This document shows positions 54,119 to 64,000 of a stretch of 64,000 bases of DNA, one piece after another (within the stretch, counting starts at the first letter, position 1; each line of letters starts with the position of its first letter). Location: assembly GCA_038087875.1 (NCBI GenBank), contig CM075994.1, positions 3,474,001 through 3,538,000 of the forward strand, read 5' to 3'. A program made the translations under genes and the position numbers. Below the pieces are notes generated by a model. It ran no database searches. It was not told the origin of the DNA and worked only from the letters and a program-made list of their open reading frames with translations. The stretch comes from Malacoraja senta. Lineage: Eukaryota.

Positions 54119-57100
54119 CAGTGCCTTCCACAATAAGCGACTTTGAGTCCTGAAAAGCACTATATAAATAAAATCTATTATTATTAATGTTTGGGACATA
54201 ATAATAATATTATTATTATTATAATTATTAATGTTTGGGACAAAGACCCATAATTTATTTATTTACCTCTGTCCTCCACAAATTGAGATTTTGAATAGAA
54301 AAAATGACATTGTGCACATTGTAGATTTTAATAAAGGCCATTTGTATACATTTTGGTTTTACCAAATCGAAATTACAGCAGTGTTTATACATAGTCCCAC
54401 CCCCACCCCCCCCCACCTCCCCCCCCCACCCCCATTTCAGGGCACCATGTTTGGGACACAGCAATATCGTCTGAATCAAAGTAGTCATGTTTAGTATTTT
54501 GTTGCATATCCTTTGCATGCAATGACTGTTTGAAGACTGTGATTCAGGGACATCACCTGTTGCTGGGTGTCTTCTATGGTGATGCTCTGCCAGGCCTCTA
54601 TTGCAGCCATATTTAGCTTATGCTTGTTTTGGGGCTAGTCGCCTTCAGTTTTCTCTTCAGCATATAAAAGGCATGCTCAATTGGGTTCAGGTCGGGTGAT
54701 TGACTTGGCCACTCAAGAATTGACCATTTTTTAGCTTTGAAAAACTTTGTTGCTTTAGCAGTATGTTTGGGATCATTGTTTTTCGAGGATGTAACTAGGA
54801 AAATGGGCAAGTGGATGTAGTGTACCTGGACTTTCAGGCACATTTCGGTGGCAGTTACAGGATCGGTCCGAGTCAGCATGGATTTACGAAGGGGAAATCA
54901 TGCTTGACTAATCTTCTGGAATTTTTTGAGGATGTAACTAGGAAAATGGATAAGGGAGAGCCAGTGGATATATATTGTACCTGGACTTTCAGAAAGCCTT
55001 TGAGGTCCCACATTGGAGATTAGTGGGCAAAATTCGAGCACATGGCATCGGGGGTAGGGTACTGACACGGATATAAAATTGGTTGGCAGACAGGAAACAA
55101 AGAGTAGGGATTAACAGGTCCCTTTCAGATTGGCAGGCAGTAACCAGTGGGGTAATGCAAGGCTCAGTGCTGGGACCGCAGCTATTTACAATATACATTA
55201 ATGATTTAGATGAAGGGATGAAAAGTAACATTAGTAAATTTGCAGATGACACAAAGCTGGGTGACAGTGTGAACTGTGAGGTGGATGCTATGAGAATGCA
55301 GGGTGACTTGGACAGGTTGGGTGAGCAGGCAGATGCATGGCAAATACAATTTAATGTGGATACATGTGAGATTATCCACTTTGGTGGCAATTGAAGTCAG
55401 ATTATTATCTGAATGGTGTCAAGTTGGGAAAAGGGGAAGTACAAAGAGATCTGGGGGACTTTGTTCATCAGTCACTGAAAGTAAGCAAGCAGGTACAGCA
55501 GGCAGTGAAGAGAAAATGACACGTTGGCGTTCATAACAAGAGTTGAGTAAAGGAGCAAAGAGGCCCTTCTGCAGTTATACAGGGCCCTGGTGAGACCACA
55601 CCTGGAGTATTGTGTGCAGTTTTGGTCTCCAAATGTGAGGAAGGACATTCTTGCTATTGAGGGAGTGCAGCGTAGGTTCACAAGGTTAATTCCCGGGATG
55701 GCGGGGACTGTCATATGTTGATAGAATGGAGCAGCTGGCCTTGTATACACTGGAATTTAGAAGGATGAGAGGCTATCTTATTGAAACATATAAGATTATT
55801 AAAGGTTTGGACATGCCAGAGGTAGAAAACATGTTCCTGATGTTGGGGGAGTCCAGACCCAGGGGCCACTATTTAAAAATTAGGGATAAGCCATTTGAAA
55901 CCGAGATGAGGAAACACTTTTTCACACAGAGGTTTGTGAATTCGCTGCCCCCAGAAGGCTGTGGAGGCCAATTCTCTGGATGCTTTCAAGTGAGAGTTAG
56001 ATAGAGCTCTTAAAGATAGTGCAGTCAGGGGATATGGAGAGAAGGAAGGAACGGGGTGCTTATTGTGGATGATCCACCATGATCAGATTGAATGGCAGTG
56101 CTGGCTCGAAGGGCCGAATGGCCTACTCCTGCCTCCATTGTCCATTGTCATGCTGTAGAATGAACCGCCGGTCAATGAGTTTTGAGGCATTTGTTTGAAA
56201 TTGAGCAGATAGGATGTGACTATTCACTTCAGAATTCATTATGCTACTACCATCAGCAGTTGTATTATCATTGAAGATAAGTGAGCCAGTTCCTTCAGCA
56301 GACATACATGGCCAGGCCATAACACCCCCACCACCGTGTTTCACAGATGAGGTGGTATGCTTTGGATCTTGGGCAGTTCCTTCTCTCCTCCATACTTTGC
56401 TCTTGCCATCACTCTAATATAAGTTAATCTTCGTCTCATCTGTCCACAAGATCTATATCCAGAACTGTGGTTGCTCTTTTAAGTACTTGGCAAACTGTAA
56501 ACTGACCATCCCATTTTTGCGGCTAACCAGTGGTTTGCATCTTGCAGTGTAGCCCCTGTATTTCTGTTCCTTGAGTCTTCTGCGGACAGTAGTCATTGAT
56601 AAATCCACACCTGAATCCTGAAGAGCATTTCTGATCTGTTTGGGGATTTTTCTTTATTATAGAGAATTCTTCTGTCGTCAGCTGTGGAGGTCTTCCTTGG
56701 CCTGCCAGTCCCTTTGCGATTAGTAAGGTCACCAGTGCTCTTTCTTCTTAATGTTCCAAACAGTTGATTTTGGTAAGCCTAAGGTTTGGCTATCCCTAAC
56801 AGTTTTATTCTTGTTTCTCAGTCTCATAATGGCTTATTTGACTTTCATTGGCACAACTGTGGTCCTCTTGTTGATAAACAGCAATAAACGTGTCCAAAGG
56901 TGATGGAGACTGGAGGAAACACAAGGTGCTGAGAGCTCTCTTATACCTGCATTAAGGAGGCATTTAAACAAACCTGAGCAATTACAAACACCTGTGAAGC
57001 CATGTCCCAAACATTATGGTGCCCTGAAATGGGGGGACTATGTGTAAGCACAGCTGTAATTTCGACATGTTAAAACCAAAATGTATAAAAATGACCTTTA

Positions 57101-57224
57101 TTAAAATCTGGCAATGTGCACTTTAACCACATGTGATTTTTTTTCTATTACAAATCTCAAATTGTGCAGTAGAGTCCAATAAATAAATGATGGAACTTTG
57201 TCCCAAACATTATGGAGGGCACTG
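54119..57224 (-). mobile_element. Tc1/mariner DNA transposon (IR/DR-type TIRs), degenerate, interrupted by CR1
   Basis: TA|CAGTGCC… and …GGCACTG ends; about 220-bp TIRs with inner and outer ATGTTTGGGAC repeats; KHGGG.VMAW, NDPKH, WPSQSPDLNPIE. Confidence 0.92.
54780..56145 (+). mobile_element. CR1 LINE fragment inserted in the Tc1 transposase
   Basis: GSVLGP, KFADDTKL, CVQFWSP; CATTGT on both flanks. Confidence 0.92.
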
Positions 57225-57360
57225 TGCATTGTATCTGTTTGCTTCGTTGTTACCTTCTCTTAGCTATTCTAGATTATTGATCTTACCTTGATCTCCACCC
57301 TCGTTGAGGTCTCGTTCTCACACCTGGCACATCCTTATCACTGTATCTCCCTCTCTCAGT

Positions 57361-57388
57361 CTGAAGAAGGGTCTTGACCCGAAACGTC
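57361..57388 (+). ncRNA. Minimal hammerhead ribozyme-like core in Penelope 3' repeat
   Basis: CTGAAGA-A-GGGTC-TT-GACCC-GAAA-CGTC in the element's sense orientation. Confidence 0.55.
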
Positions 57389-57646
57389 ACCCATTCTTTC
57401 TGTGCTGAGATGCTGCCTGTCCCGATGAGTTACTCCAGCATTATGTGTCGATTTTAGCATGGCTTTGCATGTAAGAGATCAGCTATTGTACAACAATAAT
57501 GTGAAGGAAGCCACTTCCAATGTCACTTTCCCTGTGAACAGGGTAGAATCTGAATGTAATTAGTTTAATCAGAAAATTACTGAAACTTGCGCAAATAGAA
57601 ATGGGTAACGTGCTAGTGTATTGCAATAACAAAACTTTTTTTTCAG

Positions 57647-57682
57647 AAATGCAGAAGCTTAGGAAAGCTGTTCGTGATATGG
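57647..57682 (+). CDS. Microexon 23 (36 nt); EMQKLRKAVRDM
   Basis: cttttttttcAG|AAATGCAG…GATATGG|GTaagg. Confidence 0.9.
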
Positions 57683-58491
57683 GTAAGGCAGCATAAATTA
57701 GCACTGATATTTCCAAGTAATTACAGCAATGTTGCAATTAAGAAAACATCAGATGTATTTCTATTGCAAGACTTTTTTTATGTTAGTTTTCGTGAATATA
57801 TTGTTGACTGAAAATTACCACTTATCCATGCCACATGCTTGGTTTTCAGTTTATTGTCAGAAGAAACGATTCATGTTCCATAGTTGCCATCTATTTAGTT
57901 GCCGTCCATTCTTTAAAGTTTCAAATTATGTTGCCAACACCATGTCAATTGCTCTCATAACTTTGGTCGAAACTAACCTGATCGAAATTAACCCTTATTG
58001 ACAAAAGGAATATCAGTGCAACGTTTTAAACATTCTACACGTACATTGATCAGTAGGCATTGCTTATGAACAGGGATAAGAATTCCCAGTCCGATGAGTT
58101 TTGGAATTTAGCACCACAGAATGTTCTACAGTGGAAGTTCTGAGAATGTTTCAGAAGGAAACAGATTTCCAGTCATTAAAAGCTTAGGGCAGTATCAGAG
58201 ATAGCGATGACATAAGTTGAGAATGAATAGCAGTCGGGCAGATGCTGATCATTTTTCATTGCGAGAAAGATTGATGTTGAATAATGAATTGAACTAAGTA
58301 CAAATGTACTAAAAAGTGGATTAAGTCCTCTAATTTTCACGACAGGGAGGAAACTGCGTCAGAACGAATTTGGTACGTCCAAAAACATTTCACTGCTTTG
58401 TACCACCATGTTTGAATTTAATTGTTTAAAATGTACATCATTTGCCAGTGCTTGGTATTAGTGCTTCTATCCATGAATTTTATTGTTTCAG

Positions 58492-58515
58492 AACCAGGAG
58501 TTGATCAAAGCAACG
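58492..58515 (+). CDS. Microexon 24 (24 nt); EPGVDQSN
   Basis: ttttattgtttcAG|AACCAGGA…AGCAACG|GTgagt. Confidence 0.88.
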
Positions 58516-58559
58516 GTGAGTAGTTGCACATTCCATCTCCTTAAGATGCAGAGTTACAT

Positions 58560-58720
58560 CTTGCTCTTAGAGCTAACAGAATCAAAGGATATGGGGAGAG
58601 AGCAGGAACGGGGTATTGATTCTGGATGCTCAGCCAGGATCATATTGAATGGCAGTGCTGGCTCAAAGGGTGGAATGTCCTACTCCTGCACCTTCTTTCC
58701 ATGTTTCTGTTTCCCATGAA
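58560..58720 (+). mobile_element. CR1 3' tail fragment
   Basis: Same tail motif as other CR1 copies. Confidence 0.75.
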
Positions 58721-58930
58721 TTGGGTTACATTATGTTGATATCGATAAACATGGATCTGGATTTGCATGTCGTGTTAAGTAAAGTAACTATACGCACCAA
58801 AAAATTGTAAAAACTTTGGAACTGTAAGAAACATAATTGCCATCCTGATTCATAAATTCGCATCAGCAATTCCAAACCTCGACAGATTGCTCAGCTTGCC
58901 ATCAATGTGAATTGTGATGTATTTTTCCAG

Positions 58931-58966
58931 ATCTTAAGGAGATGGAAGATATCCGCGAAGAACTAG
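58931..58966 (+). CDS. Microexon 25 (36 nt); DLKEMEDIREEL
   Basis: gtatttttccAG|ATCTTAAG…GAACTAG|GTtaat. Confidence 0.8.
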   Translation: MLRRWKISAKN

Positions 58967-59174
58967 GTTAATTCTTTAAATTAATTCACCAAATATTTGT
59001 CATATACCACAAATAATGGTGGTGTTTATTGCACACGTTGTTGATAGAATATTGGTTTTAAAGGACTCCATAATTTGCATTTCATGTGAAAACAATCACA
59101 AATTAAAATTGTTTCAAAATTAATTGGCGTCTTGAAGGATGTAACTAAACCGATATTGATAGGATTATCAAACG

Positions 59175-59798
59175 TTCAAAGTTCAGTTTGTCACATGTAC
59201 CGATTAAGGTACAGTGAAACTCGAATTACCATGCAGCCATTCTAAAAAAAAAGCAACATGACACACAAAGTTAACATAAATATCTACCACAGCACATTCC
59301 CCACAGTGATGGAAGGAAATAGTCAAATCTTCTTCATCTTTATTCTCCCGCAGTCAGGACAATCGAACCATCTGCAATCGGGTGATTGAACCTCTGGCGT
59401 CGGCGAGGGCGAAGCTTCTGCGGCTTGGAACTCCCAAAGGGACCGCCAGCTCCACAACGATAAGTCCATAGGCTCCTGCGGTTGGAGCTCCTAAGTCGAA
59501 CCCCGACAGGGATCGCAAGCTCCACGATGTTAAGTCCGCAGGCTCTAGCGGTTGGAGCTCCCAAAGTCGGTCTCCAGCAGAGGCCGCCAGCTCCACGATG
59601 TTAGGCCGCAGTGCGGACAGATACAATATGCCAAAAAAATGGCATCTCCGTGAAGGCAAGATATTAAGAAGTTTCCCCCAAATGCACCGCTCCACATAAA
59701 ACAAGCTAAAGAACACTAAAATATACATTAAACACATTCTTAAAAAATATATAGAAGGAAGGGACAGACTGTTGGCGAGGCAGCCATTGCTGGCACCA
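59175..59798 (-). mobile_element. Non-autonomous LINE-tailed repeat, copy A
   Basis: 5' motif ggtgccagcaatggctgcctcgccaacagtctgtc on minus strand; internal 'aacatcgtggagct' sub-repeats. Confidence 0.6.
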
Positions 59799-59877
59799 GG
59801 CAAAACAGGCAAAGACATTCATTTTATATAATTCACGAAGGCAATGACAAAGCATAATTCAGAGTTGGATATTCACC

Positions 59878-60612
59878 GGGTGGCGCCGTCAGCGATGGCA
59901 GCCTTGCTAAAAGTCTGTCTGTCTTTTTGTCCTTTTTGTTATTTTTTTGTGTGTTTTAAAAGTATGTTCTCTGGTTTGTTTTATGTGGGCAGTAGGGGAG
60001 GGGGTAAGGGGAACGTTTTTTTCAATCTCTTAACTTGCTGGAGATGCGATTGTTTTCTGGATCATATCTCCGGTCGCTCTGCAGCCTAACATCATGGAGC
60101 TGGCGGCCTTGCTCGAGACTGACTTTAAGCCCCACCGCAGGAATGTGGGCTTACAATCGGAGCCTGCAATCCTATTCCTGGGACCGATGCTCCAACCGCA
60201 GCCTGCGGATTCCAACATCGAGGAGCTTGCCGTCTCGGGTAGAGGCTGATGTTGGGTTTCAATCAGCCCCGACCCAGGATAGATCGCCTGGCGCAGGGGA
60301 CCCGAGATTCCTCCCCCTCCCCGATGCAGGAGCTTGATCGCCCTGACATGGAGGGCCTGTCGCTAGTTACAGGAGTCAAGATCGTCCTGACAACGGAAGG
60401 TTCGAGGCCCCTGACAACGGGAGGACAAAGAAAGAATGGGATTAATCTTTTTTTCGTCTTCCATCCCAATGAGGAATGTGCAGGAGCCACTGTGGTGGAT
60501 GTTTATGTTAAAATGTACTTTGTGTTTTGTTGCTTTTTATTGGTATGACTGTGCGGCAAATCAAATTCCTCGTATGTTGCAAAACATACTTGGCTAATAA
60601 AGTCATTATGAT
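59878..60612 (+). mobile_element. Non-autonomous LINE-tailed repeat, copy B (head-to-head with A)
   Basis: 5' motif ggtggcgccgtcagcgatggcagcc…agtctgtc; tail ttggctaataaag similar to that at 41760. Confidence 0.6.
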
Positions 60613-61037
60613 TTTCACAAGGTGCTTGCATGCGCAACTTGATGTAGTTTGAAAATGCCCTCTTTCACCTCCACCCCATATTTTATCATTCACTCTAGAA
60701 ATGTTCAACTTAGTTTGTGCACTTTAATCACAATTAACAACCGTTTTCAATAGTTGTCCATGCAGAGCATGCAATATCCTTGTGCATAGGTTTCAACATG
60801 ACCTCATTGGAGGTAAAAAAAGGCAGACCGTAATGGAAAGAATGAAACCTATGTGGCCTAACAGTAGTGAAACACATTCATAGGTAGATGTGTTGGAGAG
60901 AAGGAAAATCAATGCATAGCTCTTAAAGGCAGAATTCTATGGTTATCTGTTAGATTACGATTTCTCAAAATCATCTTAATCATTCATAACTTTAGTTTTA
61001 TCATGTGTGGTATCATCTTCATTAACTTTCCGGTGTC

Positions 61038-61648
61038 TTGAACCTAATACACAAAGGATTATCTTTGGATCAATGGAAGATGGGAATAAGCTAAATACAT
61101 TTCAAAAATCTCTACTTAATTACGGTTTAAGAACGGCAAAAAAAACTCATACTTAAATTTTGGAAAAATGCACCAACACCAATGCTCAAAATGTGGATTT
61201 CAAATATGTCAGAAACGGCATATCTTGAAGAAATGCGACTCCTTCTAGCAGGTAAAGTAGACCAATTCTTCTTGATTTGGTCTCCTTTTATCGACTTCTT
61301 ACAAGCATATGGTGCAACACAACCATAGAAATAAAATGGTTCAGAATCAGGTGACGGGTGGCCAGGAACATTAAATAGGTATATCGCTTTCAATCTCCTT
61401 TTTCTTTTTTTCCCCCCTCTATTTCGTCTCTTTCTTCTTTCTTCCGGGCTATCTTTCTATTTCACGTAACACTCTATGTCAATCTCTCCTTTTCTATTCT
61501 TTTCTCCCTTACTCCTGCTTTATTATTAAATTAAAAATAAGAAGTTGTATATGAAATGTAATATCTCAACAAGTATTAGGTACTGTGGTACCACATTATT
61601 GTACTTACTCCTAACAAAAATAAATAAATAAATAAATAAAAGGAAAAG
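61038..61648 (+). mobile_element. L1/Tx1-type LINE 3' fragment with 12-bp TSD
   Basis: TAKKLILKFWK.APTP.LKMW…FFLIWSPFIDFL; (TAAA)n tail; TSD CTTTCCGGTGTC at 61026-61037 and 61649-61660. Confidence 0.85.
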
Positions 61649-61986
61649 CTTTCCGGTGTCATTGATTGTGCACCAGGAACAATGTTTATTCCTCATAACA
61701 CAGAGGGAACACTATTGTAACTCACATGCCAACATGTATTACTTGAGGAAACCAATTCAATAGAAGCCTTATAATGAGCAGGAGTATTGGCAGTGAATTA
61801 TATACAATATTTATCATAGGGAATTCAAATAGCTCTGAATTTGCACATTGAAAAAGTTCTATGAGAACCAAATTCCAATGACAATTTTGAACATTACAAA
61901 TAGTTGGTTTTTTATACAGTATATCAATTTTGTGCCAAATGATTTTGCAAAGCCATGCTACTAATTGACATTTAATCTTTCGCCAG

Positions 61987-62013
61987 AGGAAAAATTGCGC
62001 GAAAAGGAGTCAG
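61987..62013 (+). CDS. Microexon 26 (27 nt); EEKLREKES
   Basis: tttaatctttcgccAG|AGGAAAAA…GAGTCAG|GTaatg. Confidence 0.9.
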
Positions 62014-63334
62014 GTAATGTACAGTTAAATTATATTCTCAGTGGTAGTTTATGCATTGAAAAGAGCACTAAAATTATTTTTCAAGTGAGAATTATGTCCT
62101 GGCTTCTACACTCAATGATCTGCAAATAACATCGAAGATTTTGTGTCACTGTAAATCTAAGCAGCGCTGCATTCTTCATGATGGACGTTGGAACTGTTTG
62201 TAGGGAGAGCATAATGTATCTTTTTATTCCATCAATGTTCCGAGAGATAAGCATCAAAACCAGGATGCATGGGTTCTAATAGAGTTCATAATAAATTCAT
62301 GAATATCAAACAAAACAATTGATTGAAAACAGTTGGGATTCCGGCGGAAATATGAGAAATAGAAAAAAATACTTTTCAATATGCGAAAACTATTTGAAAT
62401 CCCAAATCTTGTACTTGCAAAATGACATGCGCAGTGGGGAGCGCTCAGTCCGTTACAGCTAAGGCATCTTGTCTTTCAAAACAAAGACGGGCTCTGTGAC
62501 CAAAACTAGTCTATACAGACCTGGATCCCACATCCAAGCTAAAGAAAAAATAAACAAACTGCACAGCATAGTGTTAGTTGCAGAGAACCTGCTAATGTCA
62601 ACATGCAAGGGCCACAATGAGGTACATTGGAAGATCGGGACCAAGCCTAAAATATCCTTGGCCTTCAAGATTCGTCTAACAGCGGGGATTATTCCCTAAT
62701 CTGCTGCTACGTGCTTTTAAACTTTGGTACCTTATGCCCGAGAGAAGGGAGATGACAGATGGTCCGGTGGCATGTCTTAATACATACATGAAGACTCGGA
62801 ATTAATGCAGATTTCCCTAAAGAATGACATTGATGAGGGAGCCTTGTTCTGTGGATAGACTGTGTAGTTGGAACTCATTGCAACAAACTTAGTGTACCAG
62901 ATTGGCAAAGCTATTTGAAATTCTCAAAGGCTGGGGGGTAGAGAGAGGATATCCTTTCTTTTGGCTGAGGGTTGAAGAGCGATTGCCAAAAGTGATACCC
63001 CTCAAATACACTGTGTAATTTATTGACTTTGGAATTCACTTTTATGTGCGAATTCAAATGCAGCGCTCAAGAAGCTGGAGTTATCTCTTAGTACATAGTT
63101 TTCAGGATAATGAAGTGGCTGAATGGGTCTAACTGTATTTTACATACGTAGAGCCAGTACGAACTCAACAAACCAAATAGCCTCCAATAACCCTGTGGTC
63201 CTCTTCATTTAGCTTAAAAATAAAAATCAGATCAACTATTACACGTTTTACATTTGCATTAGACACAGAACAAAAACATGTCACAAATTATTTGAAAAAT
63301 CTATTTCATTCATCTCTGCCATATTTATCTTTAG

Positions 63335-63361
63335 AGCTGAATTATCTTCGTGCTATTTGCA
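63335..63361 (+). CDS. Microexon 27 (27 nt); ELNYLRAIC
   Basis: atatttatctttAG|AGCTGAAT…ATTTGCA|GTaagt. Confidence 0.88.
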
Positions 63362-64000
63362 GTAAGTAACGTCTTATTTTCTGATTACATGTTTACATAT
63401 CGAAGACTAACGTTGCAATGTTCTCATTCACACCTAATTTTAGTAAAACATTAGATAGTTACACGCTGCGATCTTTTATCACTTTTCGGTTGAAATGCAA
63501 GCCCGACCTCGAAGTCCCGCATAGGTAGAATTGTAATGCATCCCAGCGGAGCCTAATGTAGAGTTTATCAGAATAACTCCAACTTCAAACAAAGGTTTGT
63601 GGAACAGAAATTTACTTTGGCTGATATGTTTGTAATAATTTGATCGGCCATCCAATAAAAGGAGGTCTCAAAATCTGAGATTAAACTGAAAGTATAAATG
63701 TGATGAAAACTGTTTGAAGGGTGTGCGAATAGTGAATATGATTTGGAAAATCTGCATGGAAAATTATTATTCCAACTGGTTGTGTTACATGCAAGTAAAA
63801 GCAGGAATATGCCAAGGATGGTCAACAAATCAGACATCACTTTGAGACAGACTCAACGTCCGACAGCCAGGTTTTATTTGTCACCAAAGATAAACTTTGC
63901 ACAGGGCTATGCAGCGAAGTGCTGGTGTAGACGACAGCTACATTGCACTCAACCAGAGTTGAACAGTACATAAGACGATCTATACACTGCCAGTCACAAG

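Larger units (their letters stand above)
53290..57452 (+). mobile_element. Penelope-like retroelement fragment split by a Tc1 insertion
   Basis: RT thumb (LDLTVSITGDRL…YKP.DSHRYLDYTSS) and GIY-YIG (LIYCICCSRC…IGETK) at 53290-54118; 3' terminal repeat resumes at 57225-57452. Confidence 0.82.

Noticed and set aside
828..63361. Naming the microexon gene as triadin, troponin T or a specific butyrophilin
   Set aside because: The exon architecture is similar, but I recognise no diagnostic sequence and no Ig, TM or B30.2 exon lies in the window.

Overview
Eukaryotic, AT-rich, repeat-dense vertebrate DNA. The repeat set (HER1/CR1-like LINEs, HE1-like V-SINEs, Penelope-derived repeats) points to a cartilaginous fish, probably a skate or ray (inference). 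Nearly every long ORF in the supplied track belongs to a transposon: Rex1/Babar, L2, an almost intact L2-clade (Crack/Daphne-like) LINE, many CR1 pieces, an internally deleted Gypsy LTR element, a DIRS1-type element, a Tc1 nested in a Penelope, and an L1 tail. Between them, and invisible to the ORF track, lies the middle of one + strand host gene made of at least 27 microexons (17 of 27 nt, 6 of 36 nt, 4 of 24 nt). All are AG/GT-flanked, phase 1-1 and stop-free, and they span 828-63361. Spliced, they give about 257 codons of an E/K/R/L-rich coiled-coil-like repeat protein with recurring exon classes, reminiscent of butyrophilin/BG-type heptad microexon tails. The gene's start and end lie outside the window and I cannot name it. 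Other points of interest are hammerhead-ribozyme cores in the Penelope repeats, an over-long tRNA-Leu primer copy in the Gypsy element, and a 37-bp fold-back at the Rex1 5' end.
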